Positions 26,515 to 39,681 of a stretch of 64,000 nucleotides of DNA are shown here, piece after piece (position 1 is the first letter of the stretch; the number at the start of each line of letters is the position of its first letter). This stretch comes from Microthyrium microscopicum. Lineage: Eukaryota. The translations under genes and the position numbers were made by a program. Below the pieces are notes generated by a model, which saw only the letters and a list, made by a program, of their open reading frames with translations, did not search any database and was not told where the DNA came from. The DNA is taken from positions 106,993 to 170,992 of the forward strand of contig MU004234.1 in NCBI GenBank assembly GCA_010405405.1. The letters run 5' to 3'.

Positions 26515-27599
26515 TCAGAACCCATCATCAATCCCCCGGCTCCTCTCATCCTTTTTCCGCGCATCGTTGACCTCATGCCACCATCCATGGGTCTCATCAC
26601 CCTTGCCCTTCTTTTCTTCCGTCTCATCCCATGGCTTCGGACTTAAGATGTAATGCACATTCTTAACCTCCTCATCCTTCCAAATCGCATCATGCACGCC
26701 CTTCCATCTCAACGTCTTCAGCGCATTGTATATATACGGCAGCGCCACCCAGCGCCCATGGAACAAATCACCCAGCAAGCTCTGGTCCGCGAACTCGTAG
26801 TTGGACGTTGCTTCCTTGGCCAATTGACTCGAGATGAGGTCGTAAGTCGCTTTTGACGGATTGACGACTTGCAGGCCACCATTGGGCATACTCAAACCAG
26901 CAGTACTAGGAGCGCCATTCGTTTGCGCCGTCAGCGGATCAGAATGCTGAGTCGTAAAAGCGCAATTTTCTGGAATCCTATAACCCATCAGCGTCTCCAC
27001 CACCACCACGTCTCAAGATCAACTCACCAATCTTTCGGATAATGCCCCTTCCCCAACGGATTACAAACACAAGCATGCCCAGCCGCAAACACCCTATTCC
27101 CCTTCCCTCCATCCTCAGGACTGTCCAGCTCCATCGTCATAAGTTCATCCATATTTAACCTAACAAGCATATCACTATCCAACTGCACAACCCTCTCATA
27201 CCCGACCAGTCCAAAGGGCGCCAATTTACTCCAGCAATCGTAGAATCGTGGATCATTGCTGTAATCTCTTGGCATTGACGGCACGAGGTATGGGATGCGT
27301 TGTTTGGGGATTCCGCGCGCGTCGAGTGCGGCGTGGCCTTCGGTGGGGAAGGTGTCGGTGTACAGGGCGATGAGGGGGTAGGCGGAGCCGGAGAGGACGA
27401 GGGAGTGGTGGAGGGTGAGGAGGCCGGGGAGGTAGGCGGTGTTGGTTATTAGGGTTGTCCATACTGGGGATGTTAGTATGGGGGATAGAGGGAGGTATGG
27501 GTGGTGGTGGATGGGGAGGATGGGGTATATCTGGGGATATTGGGCTTTTGAAGCGGGATGATAGATTCTTCTCTCTCCAAGCTCTTGTGACCTGGCCAT
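26515..27599 (-). CDS. Glycosyltransferase family 8 (glycogenin-like) protein
   Basis: VWTTLITN..YLPG; CWSKL; QLDSDMLV DxD motif; HACVCNP; FADQSLL; LPYIYNALKT; HYILSPKPW. 5' end uncertain. Confidence 0.88.
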
Positions 27600-28000
27600 C
27601 CTGGTTCAAGATGTTCCCATTCTGCGGAACACATGTGCAGTGATCAACATGATATAATGAGTCGTGAGAGCAGCGCAGCGATGTATGAAAGAGACAAACG
27701 AACCTTTCTTAGACTCCACAACTCGTGTTCCGTCCATCTTGGCTGTCGTGCTTTTCAATTCCACACAATGTATTTCAAGTACAAAAGAAGATAAATTATA
27801 GAAACGAGGATCTTCAGCTTTGCTGTTTGAATATCAGATCTGATGTCGCCATAGACGGGTAGAGCCAACCAATCGGAGGTCCTCCGCAATCTGACAAGGA
27901 TCGATGACCCGTCCTCCAACCAACCAACTTCATCTCATCTTGAATTCGTGAACCCTTGAACTTTTTCTACCATGTACATATAGCTGGTTTTTGTTTCTTC

Positions 28001-29075
28001 ATGTCCGTCGATGCTAAGCTTGGTGAAAATGCCTCCCAGGCGAGCAGGTACAAGGGCTTTATCGCCGGCGGCTTTTCTGGAGTCGCCAAGTTGACTGGTA
28101 AGCTGTGAGATATCTTTTGGGTGGAGCTTGATACTGATTAAATTGTAGTTGGACATCCGTATGGCTCACGGAAAACCTGGAAGTAGGAAGATCAACTGAC
28201 GGGATGATAGCTTCGACACGATCAAAGTGCGCTTACAGACGTCCGATAAGACGCAATTTAAAGGGCCCTGGGAATGTCTAACGAAGACGATACGAAATGA
28301 GGGCGTCGGAGCACTGTACAAAGGCGCAACACCACCTCTTGTAGGATGGATGTTTATGGATTCATTGTACGAAATCAACTCATGATTCTCTACACTTTAC
28401 TAACTATTCTACAGAATGCTTGGCTCCCTCACCAACTACCGCCGCTTTCTCCGCGACGACGTCTTCGGTCCCCGTCTCCCAGACGGCCGCGTCGACCCCA
28501 ACTACAAACTCCCTGCCTATGGCCATGGCATCGCCGGCATGCTAGCCGGCTGGACCGTCTCCTTTATCGCCGCACCTGTCGAGCACGTAAAAGCTCGTCT
28601 CCAAATCCAATACGCTGCCGTCAAATCCCAACGTCTCTATTCCGGTCCGATCGACTGCACCAAGAAAATCTTCAAGTCCCACGGCCTCCCAGGGCTATAC
28701 CACGGTCTCTCAGCGACATTGCTATTTCGCACATTCTTCTTCTTCTGGTGGTCCACGTACGATCTGTATAGCCATGCCATCCGCAAACACACAAAGCTCT
28801 CTGAACCCGCAGTGAATTTCTGGGCGGGCGGTTTGTCTGCGCAGATGTTTTGGATCACCAGTTATCCATCCGATGTGGTCAAACAGCGAATCATGACAGA
28901 TCCGCTGGGCGAGGGACGCAAATATGCCAGGTGGCGGGACGCGGCGCAATCGATTTGGCGAGAGGGTGGGTGGAGGGGATACTGGCGCGGGTTTGTGCCG
29001 TGTTTTTTGCGAGCGTTTCCTGCGAATGCGATGGCGTTGGTAGCGTTTGAGAGCGTCATGCGGGGGCTGGCCTGA
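28001..29075 (+). CDS. Mitochondrial carrier protein (carnitine/ornithine/YMC-like)
   Basis: Three PX(D/E)XX(K/R) signatures: PFDTIKVRLQ, PVEHVKARLQ, PSDVVKQRIM. RAFPANA. Includes a 10-nt microexon. Confidence 0.92.
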
Positions 29076-29837
29076 GGATTGCTTGGATTGGCGATTGTGT
29101 ATAGTGAGTTACTTCAATTATCGTGCTCATGTCTTCTTTGTGGAGGCAGTTGCTAATGTGCGGGTGCAGATTAGTTGATGAACAGAGTGTATGATAGCCA
29201 TGATAGATTTGTATGAATTAGATCACTCCTCTTGGCAAACTGTTTGTGGAAAATCAAATATCTGGTCAGCGGCTGGCTTGACATTGTTGTAGTAGTAAGT
29301 TTGTGGCTTTCATGATCGGCCTTCATTGTGGAGGGTGGTTGCTCATGTGAGCGTGCAGATTTCATTGAAGATTGCTGTGTATGATAGCAATGATGTATTT
29401 GAATTACCATGACCACTCCTCGTGGCAAACCAATTGCTGGGCATGAATTGTCTGGTGGTTGAGCTTCATGAAAGACAGAGTTGTAAGACAGCAAGGTTTG
29501 CAAAAAGACAACACAAAGAGGTGGTGTTTTACATTTCAGCTCTTGTCGTCTGCGAATGATAGATGGCAACGAGTTTTAAGTTTCTCATGCCATTCGCAAA
29601 GCGCTTGTTGGAAGACAATCTGAACTTCCATAGCATCCAGCGACAGTTCCTGGACGTATAATAGACCGGCCGATCTGATCTCAAACTCACTTCTCACCAT
29701 CGATCCTTTTCCAATCTCATCTGTTGGTTCTTCAAGACTGTCAGATACACCTTCAACTTTTTCAAACTCTTCAGCTCCCACAACTTTTACACAAGTCCCT
29801 CAAGCTTCAGGCCTCCTGAGTTTCAACATCTGTTACA

Positions 29838-32800
29838 ATGACCAACCCGCCTTGTGACCGTTGCCGCGGTCCCCATCATGTGGACAGTTGCACCTTCCTT
29901 CCCGACAATCCGCGAAACAAGACAGCGAAAGAAACCCAAAACAAGTTCAAGGAACGAATCGAAGACTATGTTGTAACGCACAACCTTTGGGAGGGCACAC
30001 TCAACAGAGACAAGCTACCCAACAAGCCTGCTCAGAAGCGTAACTTGGAGCAGAAATGGATGGACAACCCTAGCGAGTTTTCCAGAAGTCAACGTGGCAA
30101 TTACTATCCTGCTGGCACCCCGATGAGTTCATCTGCTCAGGCCAATACTGGTCCTTCTCCTGCTGATCCTTCTCCTGCTGTTGCTCCTCCTACTGTTGCT
30201 TCGACGGGTATGACTGGTGCTGTCAGCACGGAAAACTATGGCTCGCCGCCCCTTGACGGAGCGACTGCTCAATCCACAGCTAGTGCCCAGGCGTCTGGTG
30301 CACAGTCTACATCTGATCCATCGACAACCGTTCAAGCAAGTTCTGGTACTAATATCGCTCCACGTGTAGCAATTAGTCAAGGTACGTCCGACAGATTTCC
30401 CCATAGACGTGAAAGAATCGATCAACTTCTTGAGGAAACAGAAGAAGAGCGGATCGTCCGAGGAACTCAAGGGCACAAGTGGGCTCTCACTCGAGACGAG
30501 CCTTTTGATACAAGCGGCGAGAAAGAATATGCAAAGTTCAAAAAACCTAACCCAGTTTTAGGGGCTTCTGCTGGAGAACCTGCTGCGGAGAAGAACGAGG
30601 ATCATGGTGAGTTTGTTTTGGCTTCCCGTCTCAAACACTCCCCCATTGTGTAGGATATCGGCAGATTGATGCTGACTTCACGATAGATGTTCAAGATTCA
30701 TCCGAATCCGGACCTTGGACCACCAGAACTGCAACGTACGACGCCCCTACTTCACTGGAAAAGCACAAAAAGGACATGGATCAGTACTGGCCTCACTCAG
30801 CACCAGTAGCCCACTTGCCAAAAGATCCAGAAAGCTTGGTTCCAAAACCCTGGACACCAAATGTCTTCGACAATTTCATCAAGAACAACGTGACCGATCT
30901 TACATCCAAGGCGACAGCCTGCCTGAAAGCGGTGCAAAAGAAACTCCCATATCCTATAAGAACATCTGGTTCGACTATAGCCTCAGGGGACAACAAAATT
31001 CAGGTCATGACTAACCACGTTCAACTTCATCAGCTGCCGAAAACTCTGTATCACTACAACATCAGTGGTTTCCAAGCCGATCCAGATAGGGACAACAGAG
31101 TCGACGAAAGCAAAGCCAAGCTGAGAGTCCTGATCGAAACGATGATCAACATAGATAGTCGATTGGCAAACCATCGCAATTCCTTCGTGACAAACTTTAT
31201 CGACTCCATCTACACATGGGATAAGGACACTTTGGGCACAGGAAGCCCCATTTCTGTGCAGGTTCCCACGATGACGGTGAACCCGCGAACTAGAACTCGA
31301 CAAGCGGCCTACCAAACCCTCAGAATTGAGTTCGGAGAGGAGCTGAGCACATCACTCCTAGGCATTAAACCCGACAATGCCAATGATGCGGCAGATGCTT
31401 TAACTATCAGAGACAACAACCTCACTATCCTCAATTCCATCGTCAGAGGCCTGAACTTGATCATCCTCAAAAGCTCAGAGCAAACAACGAATCCCGATCT
31501 CAAGTCCTTTCGACTTGGCCCGAACAAGCTATTTCTCGAGAAAGACTACACAGCAGTTGGGCCAGGTGGCGACAAGTCCTGCCTTGTCCTTCACCGCGGA
31601 TTTGCTTTATCCGTCAAACCTGCGTTGGATCACCCACTATTGGAATTCAATGGCACTGCTAGTGCGTTTCTGAGACCGATGCTAGTCTCTGATTTCATGC
31701 GGCGTTCTATGCAGCAAGGTGAAATTCGAAGAGATTACAAGCAAGTTCTGAAAGGGGCAAGAGTTCTCATCATCTACCGTCCAGGTCATCTGAAAGAGTC
31801 GGGAAACTGTAAACTGCAAGACCATTACGATGAGAAAGATGACCGATGGGTTCACAGCATCAAGAATTTTGGCGTTGTGCCGAAGAAGGAACATCCAAAG
31901 GCTCGTGCAAAACCGGCAGAGAAGGTTGCGTGCAAAGATCATCGCCAGATTTTCAAAATCCCCATAGCTTGGGACAAGGACGGCAAAGTGACCAACACCA
32001 AAGATGAGCACTTGTCTCTATCAGATTATCTCGCCAAGAGTGAGTTTAGAGGCAGCTGTTTTTCAGTTTCGTGCTAATCTAGTCAGTGTATGGCAAAATT
32101 GACACATTTAGCCATAGAACTCCGGAAGACCCAGTCGTCCAGCTGAGCAATGGTCATTACTATGCTCCGGAGCACCTCTACATTCTTGCTCACCAGCAAT
32201 ACAAGTATGTGCTTCCACCTACAGGAGTGACTGAAATGATCAATTTCGTCTGCAAACCTGGAGATCACAACGCAAGAATTGTCTCACAAGGCATTGATAT
32301 TCTGGGTATCAAAACAGGAAAGATTTCTGCCGTATCGGTAAGATCAAAACACTTCCAGTCTGAGAAGTCCGGACTAACCACCGCATAGAAGTCTTGTGGT
32401 ATCGCCACTAATGGTGCCTTGTTGAAAATACCAGCGCAACAGATCGCCAAACCACAGATCAGATTCGTTGACAACAGAACTATGCTAGCTCCAGGGCCGT
32501 ACTACAGCTGGCAACTTGCGAGATGCAAAAAGCTACCAGACAACAAAGAGCAATGGTCCTATTCGAAGCTTCGTCAAAACGACGAAAAATATTTCCAATT
32601 CTGGATTGTTCCCCAAGAACACGGCCGGCCAAAGGTACAAGCCTGGCAATATGATCAAATGGCGGTGACTATGTCTGCACAATTTGATGGCCACGGTATC
32701 ACACTACAGCGTGACCCCAAGAAAACGCGACACCAGTACACAGATGTCGGAAGCATTAACGCAGCCTTCAGGGCGATCTTGAACGAATTGAATGTCATGG

Positions 32801-33950
32801 CCGGACAAAAAAGACTGGTCAAAGTGACTCCCTTGGTCTTTTTCGTTGCAGACAATGACAAAGCTCATTACGCTGCTTTCCGTCAAGCTGCCGACCGCGA
32901 CTATGGCATACCCGGTATTTGTATGATGTGGGATAAGGTGCCGAAGATGTTCGGCAGTGGGCAGTACTGCTCAAACTTGGCTCTCAAAGCCAATGTCAAA
33001 CAGTACGGAACGAGAAATCAGATCGTGGATGACATAAAGGGCGACTTTCCTGCTAAGCTTAAGGAAGTGCATACTCTCATTCTTGGTGCAGATGTCACAC
33101 ATCCAGGCTTTGGGGCAACAAATGCCGAGAATGCCAAATCCATTGCTGGTCTTGTTGGTACACTGGACAAGGAATTGGTTCGATATGGCGGGTCCTGCCG
33201 ATACTACCCAAAGGCGGAGGTAAGTGTCAAGGAAAAGCTCTGCGGAATAAATCTAATGTGCGATAGGTAATTCATTGCCTCGAAGAAATGGCTGTGGAAC
33301 GTATTGCTGCTTGGAAAAAGGCCCAGAACCTGCCCGCTAAGATGAAAACGGCCAACATCGTCTACTTCAGAGATGGTGTCTCAGCATCTCAGTACCAAGA
33401 GGTACTAGCAGTGGAAGTGAAGGCTCTTCGTGAAGCTTGCAAAGCTGAAGAAATCGAGCAGCCGATCATCACCGTTCTGATTGCCACAAAGAGGCATCAT
33501 ACACGCTTCTATCCAACTAAAACAAACTTCGGTCCTAAAGATAATGGCCATAATTGCGACCCCGGCACCTGTGTCAACACCACCGTCACCAGCCCATTCC
33601 ACCAGGACTTCTTTTTGCAGGCACATTCGGCTAGCCAGCTCAAAGCAACTGCCCGACCAACCCACTACTTCGTTCTCCTCGACGATATGGGTTGGACTTT
33701 GGGAGGACTGCAAAAGTTCATCCACAAGATCTCTTACACCTATGCTCGCGCCACTCTGCCAGTTTCATACGCTACCCCAGCGTATTACGCGGACCGACTT
33801 TGCGATCGTGTTCGTGTTTACTTCACTGGCATCATGGATGATGGAGCCGGCAGTGATAGGTCCTGGCAGGATCAATGGGACCTCAAGCCCAACAGAGATG
33901 GTGCTAATCCATGGCACAAGCGATTCGCAAACACCATGTTCTTTCTCTAA
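29838..33950 (+). CDS. Argonaute protein (~1300 aa, five exons), divergent N-terminus
   Basis: VMTNHV N-domain start; RGFALSVKP linker; PIWI motifs LILGADVTHP, YFRDGVS, TKRHHTRFYP, DFFLQAH, TARPTHY, YARATLPVSYATPAYYADRLCDR; C-terminal TMFFL. Confidence 0.95.
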
Positions 33951-34744
33951 GCTGAGTTGTGATCTTTTGATCCTTGGGTTGTGTCATTGCTCAGATATCC
34001 TGTTTTGCTTGGATCGTTTCGCCTGAGTATGATTATGATGGGTTGGATATGACAGTAAAGGACATGAGTAGGTTAGCATGATGGAACCTTTTTCAACAAA
34101 TTGGTCACACGCGCAGGACACAAGTTTCAATAAAGTTTCCGGTCGATTGGTTTTGGTTTTGATCGTATGCTTGGTATGCTCACGGAAAGCTTGACTGTCA
34201 AGCCTGGAAAAGGAGGTCTGACGACGGCAATTTTCAACAACTCTGTCATGCTCATAAAGAGTCGTTCAATAATCGGCTTTGGAAAAGAGGTCTCCGGTTT
34301 CCTTCACAAGATTCTAGGTACATTTGTGGTGGGTCTGATCGCGGAGCTTTGGGGGACAGTACTTTGCTGGCATTTGACAACGAAGCGGTCAAGCTGGTGA
34401 GGAATTATGTTCAAGCATTGGTTCTCATCGGTGGGTTTGACTTTCACAGTATGCTCAGTCTGTTTATGGGGGTTTGATCGCGATATCTTAAGGGACAAGT
34501 GTCATGGTGGCCATTCTCAACACCGTTGTCACAACTATATGGGATCATACTCAACATCTGATCCCTGGTTCTTTGGATTTTTTGCCCGCGACTGGGAAGT
34601 CTGTTCATTCTTAGAATAGAAATTTAAGTTTATTCCTACCAAGCTTCAGTTCATCAACATCTCTCGGCTGTCCTCGCTGACCAATTCGCACTCTGAGGCA
34701 TGTCCAATTGAACAACGGCGTTGGCGGTAGGATCATGCATGACT

Positions 34745-35898
34745 TTACCAATTGGGTGTGATGTGAAAAGTTTTATGCCCTCGTGCATAACTAGGATGAC
34801 TCGCTCCCGAGTACCAAGTTGACGTGTCGACGTAGTTTGGTTGCCTTGATCTACTACTGCCATTATTTGCCTGATTCCCACTTTGCCAGTACGCGGTAAA
34901 CACTCCAAGGTCCGCTTTCTTGCTGTGTATCGAGAAATTTGTCAACATTTTGATAACGTTTGCGCTGGACCCTTCGTTTGCTCGAGTCTACGAATTATTA
35001 AACACGGCGCCAACCTGAGCATCTTACAAACATACCTTTGCGATAAAATATTTTGGCAATTGCACCCTCCGTAGGTATATCGATCCAGGTTCCCATGAAT
35101 GCGAACTCAATGTTGTCCATTATATCAATGTGTTCTTTGCGTGTATCAGGAGCAAAAGTATTTGAAGAGATGAGTTCATTCTCTTGCCCAGATCATTCTT
35201 ATAAGTCTTATGTCTAACAAATGAACATTCGACACTAGTCTTCCAAAGTGAGTAGCTAAGTTATATGCAGGGCCGGGGCATTTTTGGAAGCACATTTTGA
35301 TGATTGCCCAAATGGGATTGAGTGTAAGGAGGATTGCGAGGCAGTATCTGCCATAGAAAGGACTGGTCTTACCTGTCTGAATCGTTGCAGCAACCTATGG
35401 CCGGTTTGGACTATGTGGTTGGCGCTTTCCAGATGCTGTGTACTTGTCTTCATATTGACTAATGATATTTCGTTCGCCAATTGCTTAATTGCCATTGGCC
35501 ATAAGGGGTCAGAATATGATAATAACCTTGGAGGCTACCTACTTAGGTAGTGTTCTTACACTTCAGATTTCATTGAAAAAGTTCAGTTCCCGTAAACTCA
35601 ATGCATAGAAGGCCATACGGTAGTACAATTGCTTGACCAACACAAATCTTGGATCTTGCTGCGAGGTGTGCAAACCATCTTTGACCGAAGAATATGCTAA
35701 TCCTCGTCCTTGCCAGTTGTCACAAACATGTTCAATCAAAAATAGATCGGAAGTTTCGAGAAACAGAAAACTTGCAGACACGACTCCATCCTTCGAGCCG
35801 CTCAAATGATGAAGACAGAGCAAACTGAGTGGGCTAACACATCCGAGGTAGCATTTATAATTGCAATCTTGGGGAACTTGTTCAGCAGGCTGGCTCAC
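34745..35898 (-). other. Possible hypothetical gene or relic
   Basis: Several same-strand short ORFs (111, 79 and 67 aa) separated by possible introns. No recognisable motif. Confidence 0.25.
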
Positions 35899-36151
35899 GT
35901 ATCCTTTTCAAGCCAATCAATGACCTCGATCCCTTTGATTGGAGTAGCCGCAAGAACAACTGCTCCTCACGCATAACCAACTAACCACATAAGGCAGTTA
36001 TGAAAGAACGCAAAGTGGCCTCCATCGTTCCGCATCAGGTTTAGCGAGATATGCCATTTTCATAGTTGCATATTCGAGTATAAGGTAGTTCGGTAATCTC
36101 AACATTACTTCAGGGATTTCAGATCACAGATCAACGACTAGACTCGAAAGA

Positions 36152-38529
36152 ATGAGCAGATTCAATCCTATCAACAAGGTCGCTCGGATTAAGAATAAAC
36201 CCATCCCCGACGACTTGTGGGAAGAGCATCGTCAAGGCATCTTGCAAAAACAAGACGAGACCAGAAGTGTCAAAAAGACTGCAGAATGGATAACTTTGCA
36301 GAACTTTCCTGGGTTTACCCCAAGGTAGGTAGATTCGCGATTATCCATGCTCAAACAGCCAACAGAGTATTGGGCATGTTCCATCGACTGTTCCATGTTT
36401 CCTTCACAATACTTTGATATTGAACAATATGTCTCTCAATCAAACTGAATAACATCAAAACAACGCATACTAACAGATCCAGTACCGCGCAACTTCGTAC
36501 GCAAATGAAAATATGGCAAACTCCCAAGGCCATCTCTACGCAAGCTTCTGGTAGCGGAAGTATGCAGCCAACTGTGGTTGAAGATTCGCCCAGCTTTCAA
36601 GAGACGGAAGCAAATAGTGCAAATCATCATGACAATTGCAGGACTGCCTCACAAGAGGTCAGCGGAACCTTCAACGAGCAAACGCTCGACGCTGACACCA
36701 TTTTCCTAAGAGATGACTTCCCATCGTACGCTTTGAAGAGACCTTCAGCAAGTGAAGAGTCAGACTGCAGCGTCCATCCCAGGAAGAAGCTCAAATGCGA
36801 TATGTCATCTTCTACATCCTCTTTGCAGACTCTTCGATTTCATGAAGCATCGCCGAAATTGGGTCCTGCCAAAGTGTTGATAGATGGACAGCCTCTGTAT
36901 TCTGCAAAACCGGGAGAGGCACAAAGGATCAAGTTGCAACATGAGCGCTCCGGCTTTGAAACACAATTTGATCTATCAAAGCTCCAATTCAGCGCTGATT
37001 TTCTCATGGCAAATGAAAGATACAAAGAAGCCTCCCCTTTGTATCTCATTTTATGCAAGGCTTATCAGGGATTCTATCCCGTACCCAAGAGGAAGTGTCT
37101 GATGGCTGTTGTGGCTCATTACCGATGTGCAACCACAGGCTCTGGGTTGAGGTCGGCCAAAAAGCTGCTCAAAGACTGGTTAGAGAAAGCAGACATGTTC
37201 AGAGTTGCTCTTACTGCCTTTGAACAATGGCTCTTACGCATCATGCTACTACAAGTGCTCCTATCATTATACCTCTTCAGTGAGGCTTTCGAGCTTTTCG
37301 AGGAATTCGAAACAGCGACCGCTCACGACCCTTCAATCTTAAGGGCCCTGGGCGTCACTGAAGCAATGCGACTGCCTGTTAACGCCATCACCATGGATAA
37401 ATTAATTAGATGCACCCAGATGATGTTCTACCTTTTCGAGTCAGAACCCGCACAAGCAAATCTAGCGACCATCTGCTCTCGCTTCAAAGGATACACTATA
37501 TTCGAAGGCTGCATGCGTCTAGATGGCATTGCATCAGAACCTTACGACAAGTTTTCATCCTCGTGGTTCAAAGATATTCAGGCTGTTTCCTCGTATTTCC
37601 GACGCTGTCTTCACTGGATTGGCTCAGAGATAAAGTCCTTTTCCTTGCTCAGCATCGGGTCTGACTGGAAATCTTTCCGCCGCCAGTTCCCAGATTTTAT
37701 CCACGCGGATACTGCCATGATTTTTTATTTCTTAGCTTCTAAATGGATGACTTACCAGGGAGCCCCAGGCAAACGAAAAATAGAACAAAAGAACAGCAAT
37801 CCAGAGAGTTCTCCAAGGGTAGCTGACCTGGAGGTTCTCAAGATACTCTCAGCAATGACCATGGAGGAATCCACAACCAAAAAGCATCAAGCGAAGTCAG
37901 CTAAGCTCAAATCCGTTGAGGATAAAGTTGCCTTTCTTTTAAAAAGAGCAAAACTTGGAATTAAAAGCTTGATGAAAATGCCCGACAAAACCTTTGCAAG
38001 ACGAGTTTTGGGATACTTCGACCGGTTTCTCCACACTGACACATGGCATTGTTTGGAGCCCAACATTTGCTACAAGTTTGTTGCTCATTCTATTGATTTT
38101 CTTCCTTCTATCTGGGAACTTGGGTATGTCAATTTCGCTGAACCTTCAGTTTTCCACTGACAAAGTTGCAGACCTAGTAAGCACTGGAGAATCTTGCAAA
38201 TTGATGGCTACAAGCCCGACAAAGATTGCGCTTGTAAAGATGGCCGTTCCGATGACGGAAGTTGTTCTGTCGATAAGAAGTCCGCACCAAGAACTTGTCT
38301 AGCCGAGTCCTTGTCGGGCTCTGAGATGTCGTCAATGCGGAAAATGAGCTGGCGGGCTGCAAACAAAGCGTTCAAAACATCGCCATCGTCCATGGACCAG
38401 CTGTCTGAGTCGTTGAGGGGCAGCACTATCCATGATCGAGACCAGCCAACGCAGTTACAGGAACGGTGGCGACCACCAGTCGAGCGGTGGAGGTCTATTC
38501 AACGCATTGACTCGCCTTCTTCTTTCTGA
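36152..38529 (+). CDS. Clr5-domain protein
   Basis: Exon 1 IPDDLWEEHRQGIL...TAEWI...GFTP|STAQLRTQMKIW matches the Clr5 pattern. It splices into the 551-aa ORF, and a final intron (~38124-38171) joins the 38194-38529 ORF in frame. Confidence 0.75.
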
Positions 38530-38959
38530 GCAGATGGAGGGAGCCCAGAAAGTCAGCGAGAAATGACTCGGAGCACCGAGTATATTCAAGCTTTCAAAGA
38601 ATTTTCGGTTATTGTTCATGTTTCACTTCCCGGCGTTAGCGAGTGGCTATTCTCTCCGTTATAAAGTGACCTAATCGTGATCTTTAAAGAGAAACGAGTT
38701 TCCTGCTACATCCTATTTTGAGTAGAATAATAATTTAGTCGCTTGCCCCCGATTAGGTGAACGTACCTAGGTACGATAATTAGCATGATCTTTGAGCTCA
38801 GCCTAGTCAGCCTTGTCAGCCTTGTGGGCAAGAAATTCCGTCCAATCACAAGCCAAGGACGCCGGTCCAAAATTTCTAATGACAACTTGAACTTTTTAGA
38901 TCACGATCTCTTTCAAATCCTGTATCTCTATCTCCACAACTACATCAATCATTTTAAAG

Positions 38960-39385
38960 ATGGGTTGGAATCCCTTCTCATCAGCGCCTTCTTCTGCGAA
39001 GCCAGATATACCGGCCCCTTCTCCTGCCGCATCCTCACCAGTCGTAGACGCGTCGAGACCTCCATTGTCTCCATCAATTCCGACATCAGCTCCCTCCTCC
39101 AAAGCTAAAGAGGTTGCTGCTCTTACGCCGCCTGGTACTACAGTAGCACCGCAAGCATCCACACCGGCTGAACAATATCGAGAGCTCAAAGCCATCATAT
39201 CATTAGGTCTTGTGATCACTATGCCGCTGTTATTGATTATGCCGCCTCGACGATTCAATGCGATCTCCATGATACAAACTGGAATGCTAGGCTGGGGTTT
39301 CAATGAGCAAAGCGAATATCGAACAGGCAGATCTGTATTGGATCGGATGGTAGGAGCCCCAGGCCGACCAGTGAAAGAGCAGTAA
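38960..39385 (+). CDS. Small hypothetical membrane protein
   Basis: Single ATG ORF of 141 aa; Pro/Ser-rich N-terminus; hydrophobic segment followed by LIMPPRRFN...TGRSVL. Confidence 0.65.
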   Translation: MGWNPFSSAPSSAKPDIPAPSPAASSPVVDASRPPLSPSIPTSAPSSKAKEVAALTPPGTTVAPQASTPAEQYRELKAIISLGLVITMPLLLIMPPRRFNAISMIQTGMLGWGFNEQSEYRTGRSVLDRMVGAPGRPVKEQ

Positions 39386-39681
39386 TACCAAAGAATGGTG
39401 CACAAGGACCACCAAACCTGTACAATATATGTCAATATCAATGAATCATGTCTCAAGAAGATACAGGGGCTGTGGAGCGTTATAAGAATAGGGACCATGA
39501 GGTCTGAATTAGATATCTAAAGGATACTGCATAGGGGGTATTTCACAAAAGGCCAATCCACCGCATCGCAGCCGAATCAACACCACCAGGCTTGTCAAAT
39601 AGAAACAACCAGGAGAACGTATGAAAACTGAACACATCGACCAGACCCATCACCAGCACATTCCTACACGGGGGAAAGGCA

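Noticed and set aside
38896..39498. 200-aa ORF on the - strand
   Set aside because: Antisense to the more plausible + strand gene at 38960-39385.
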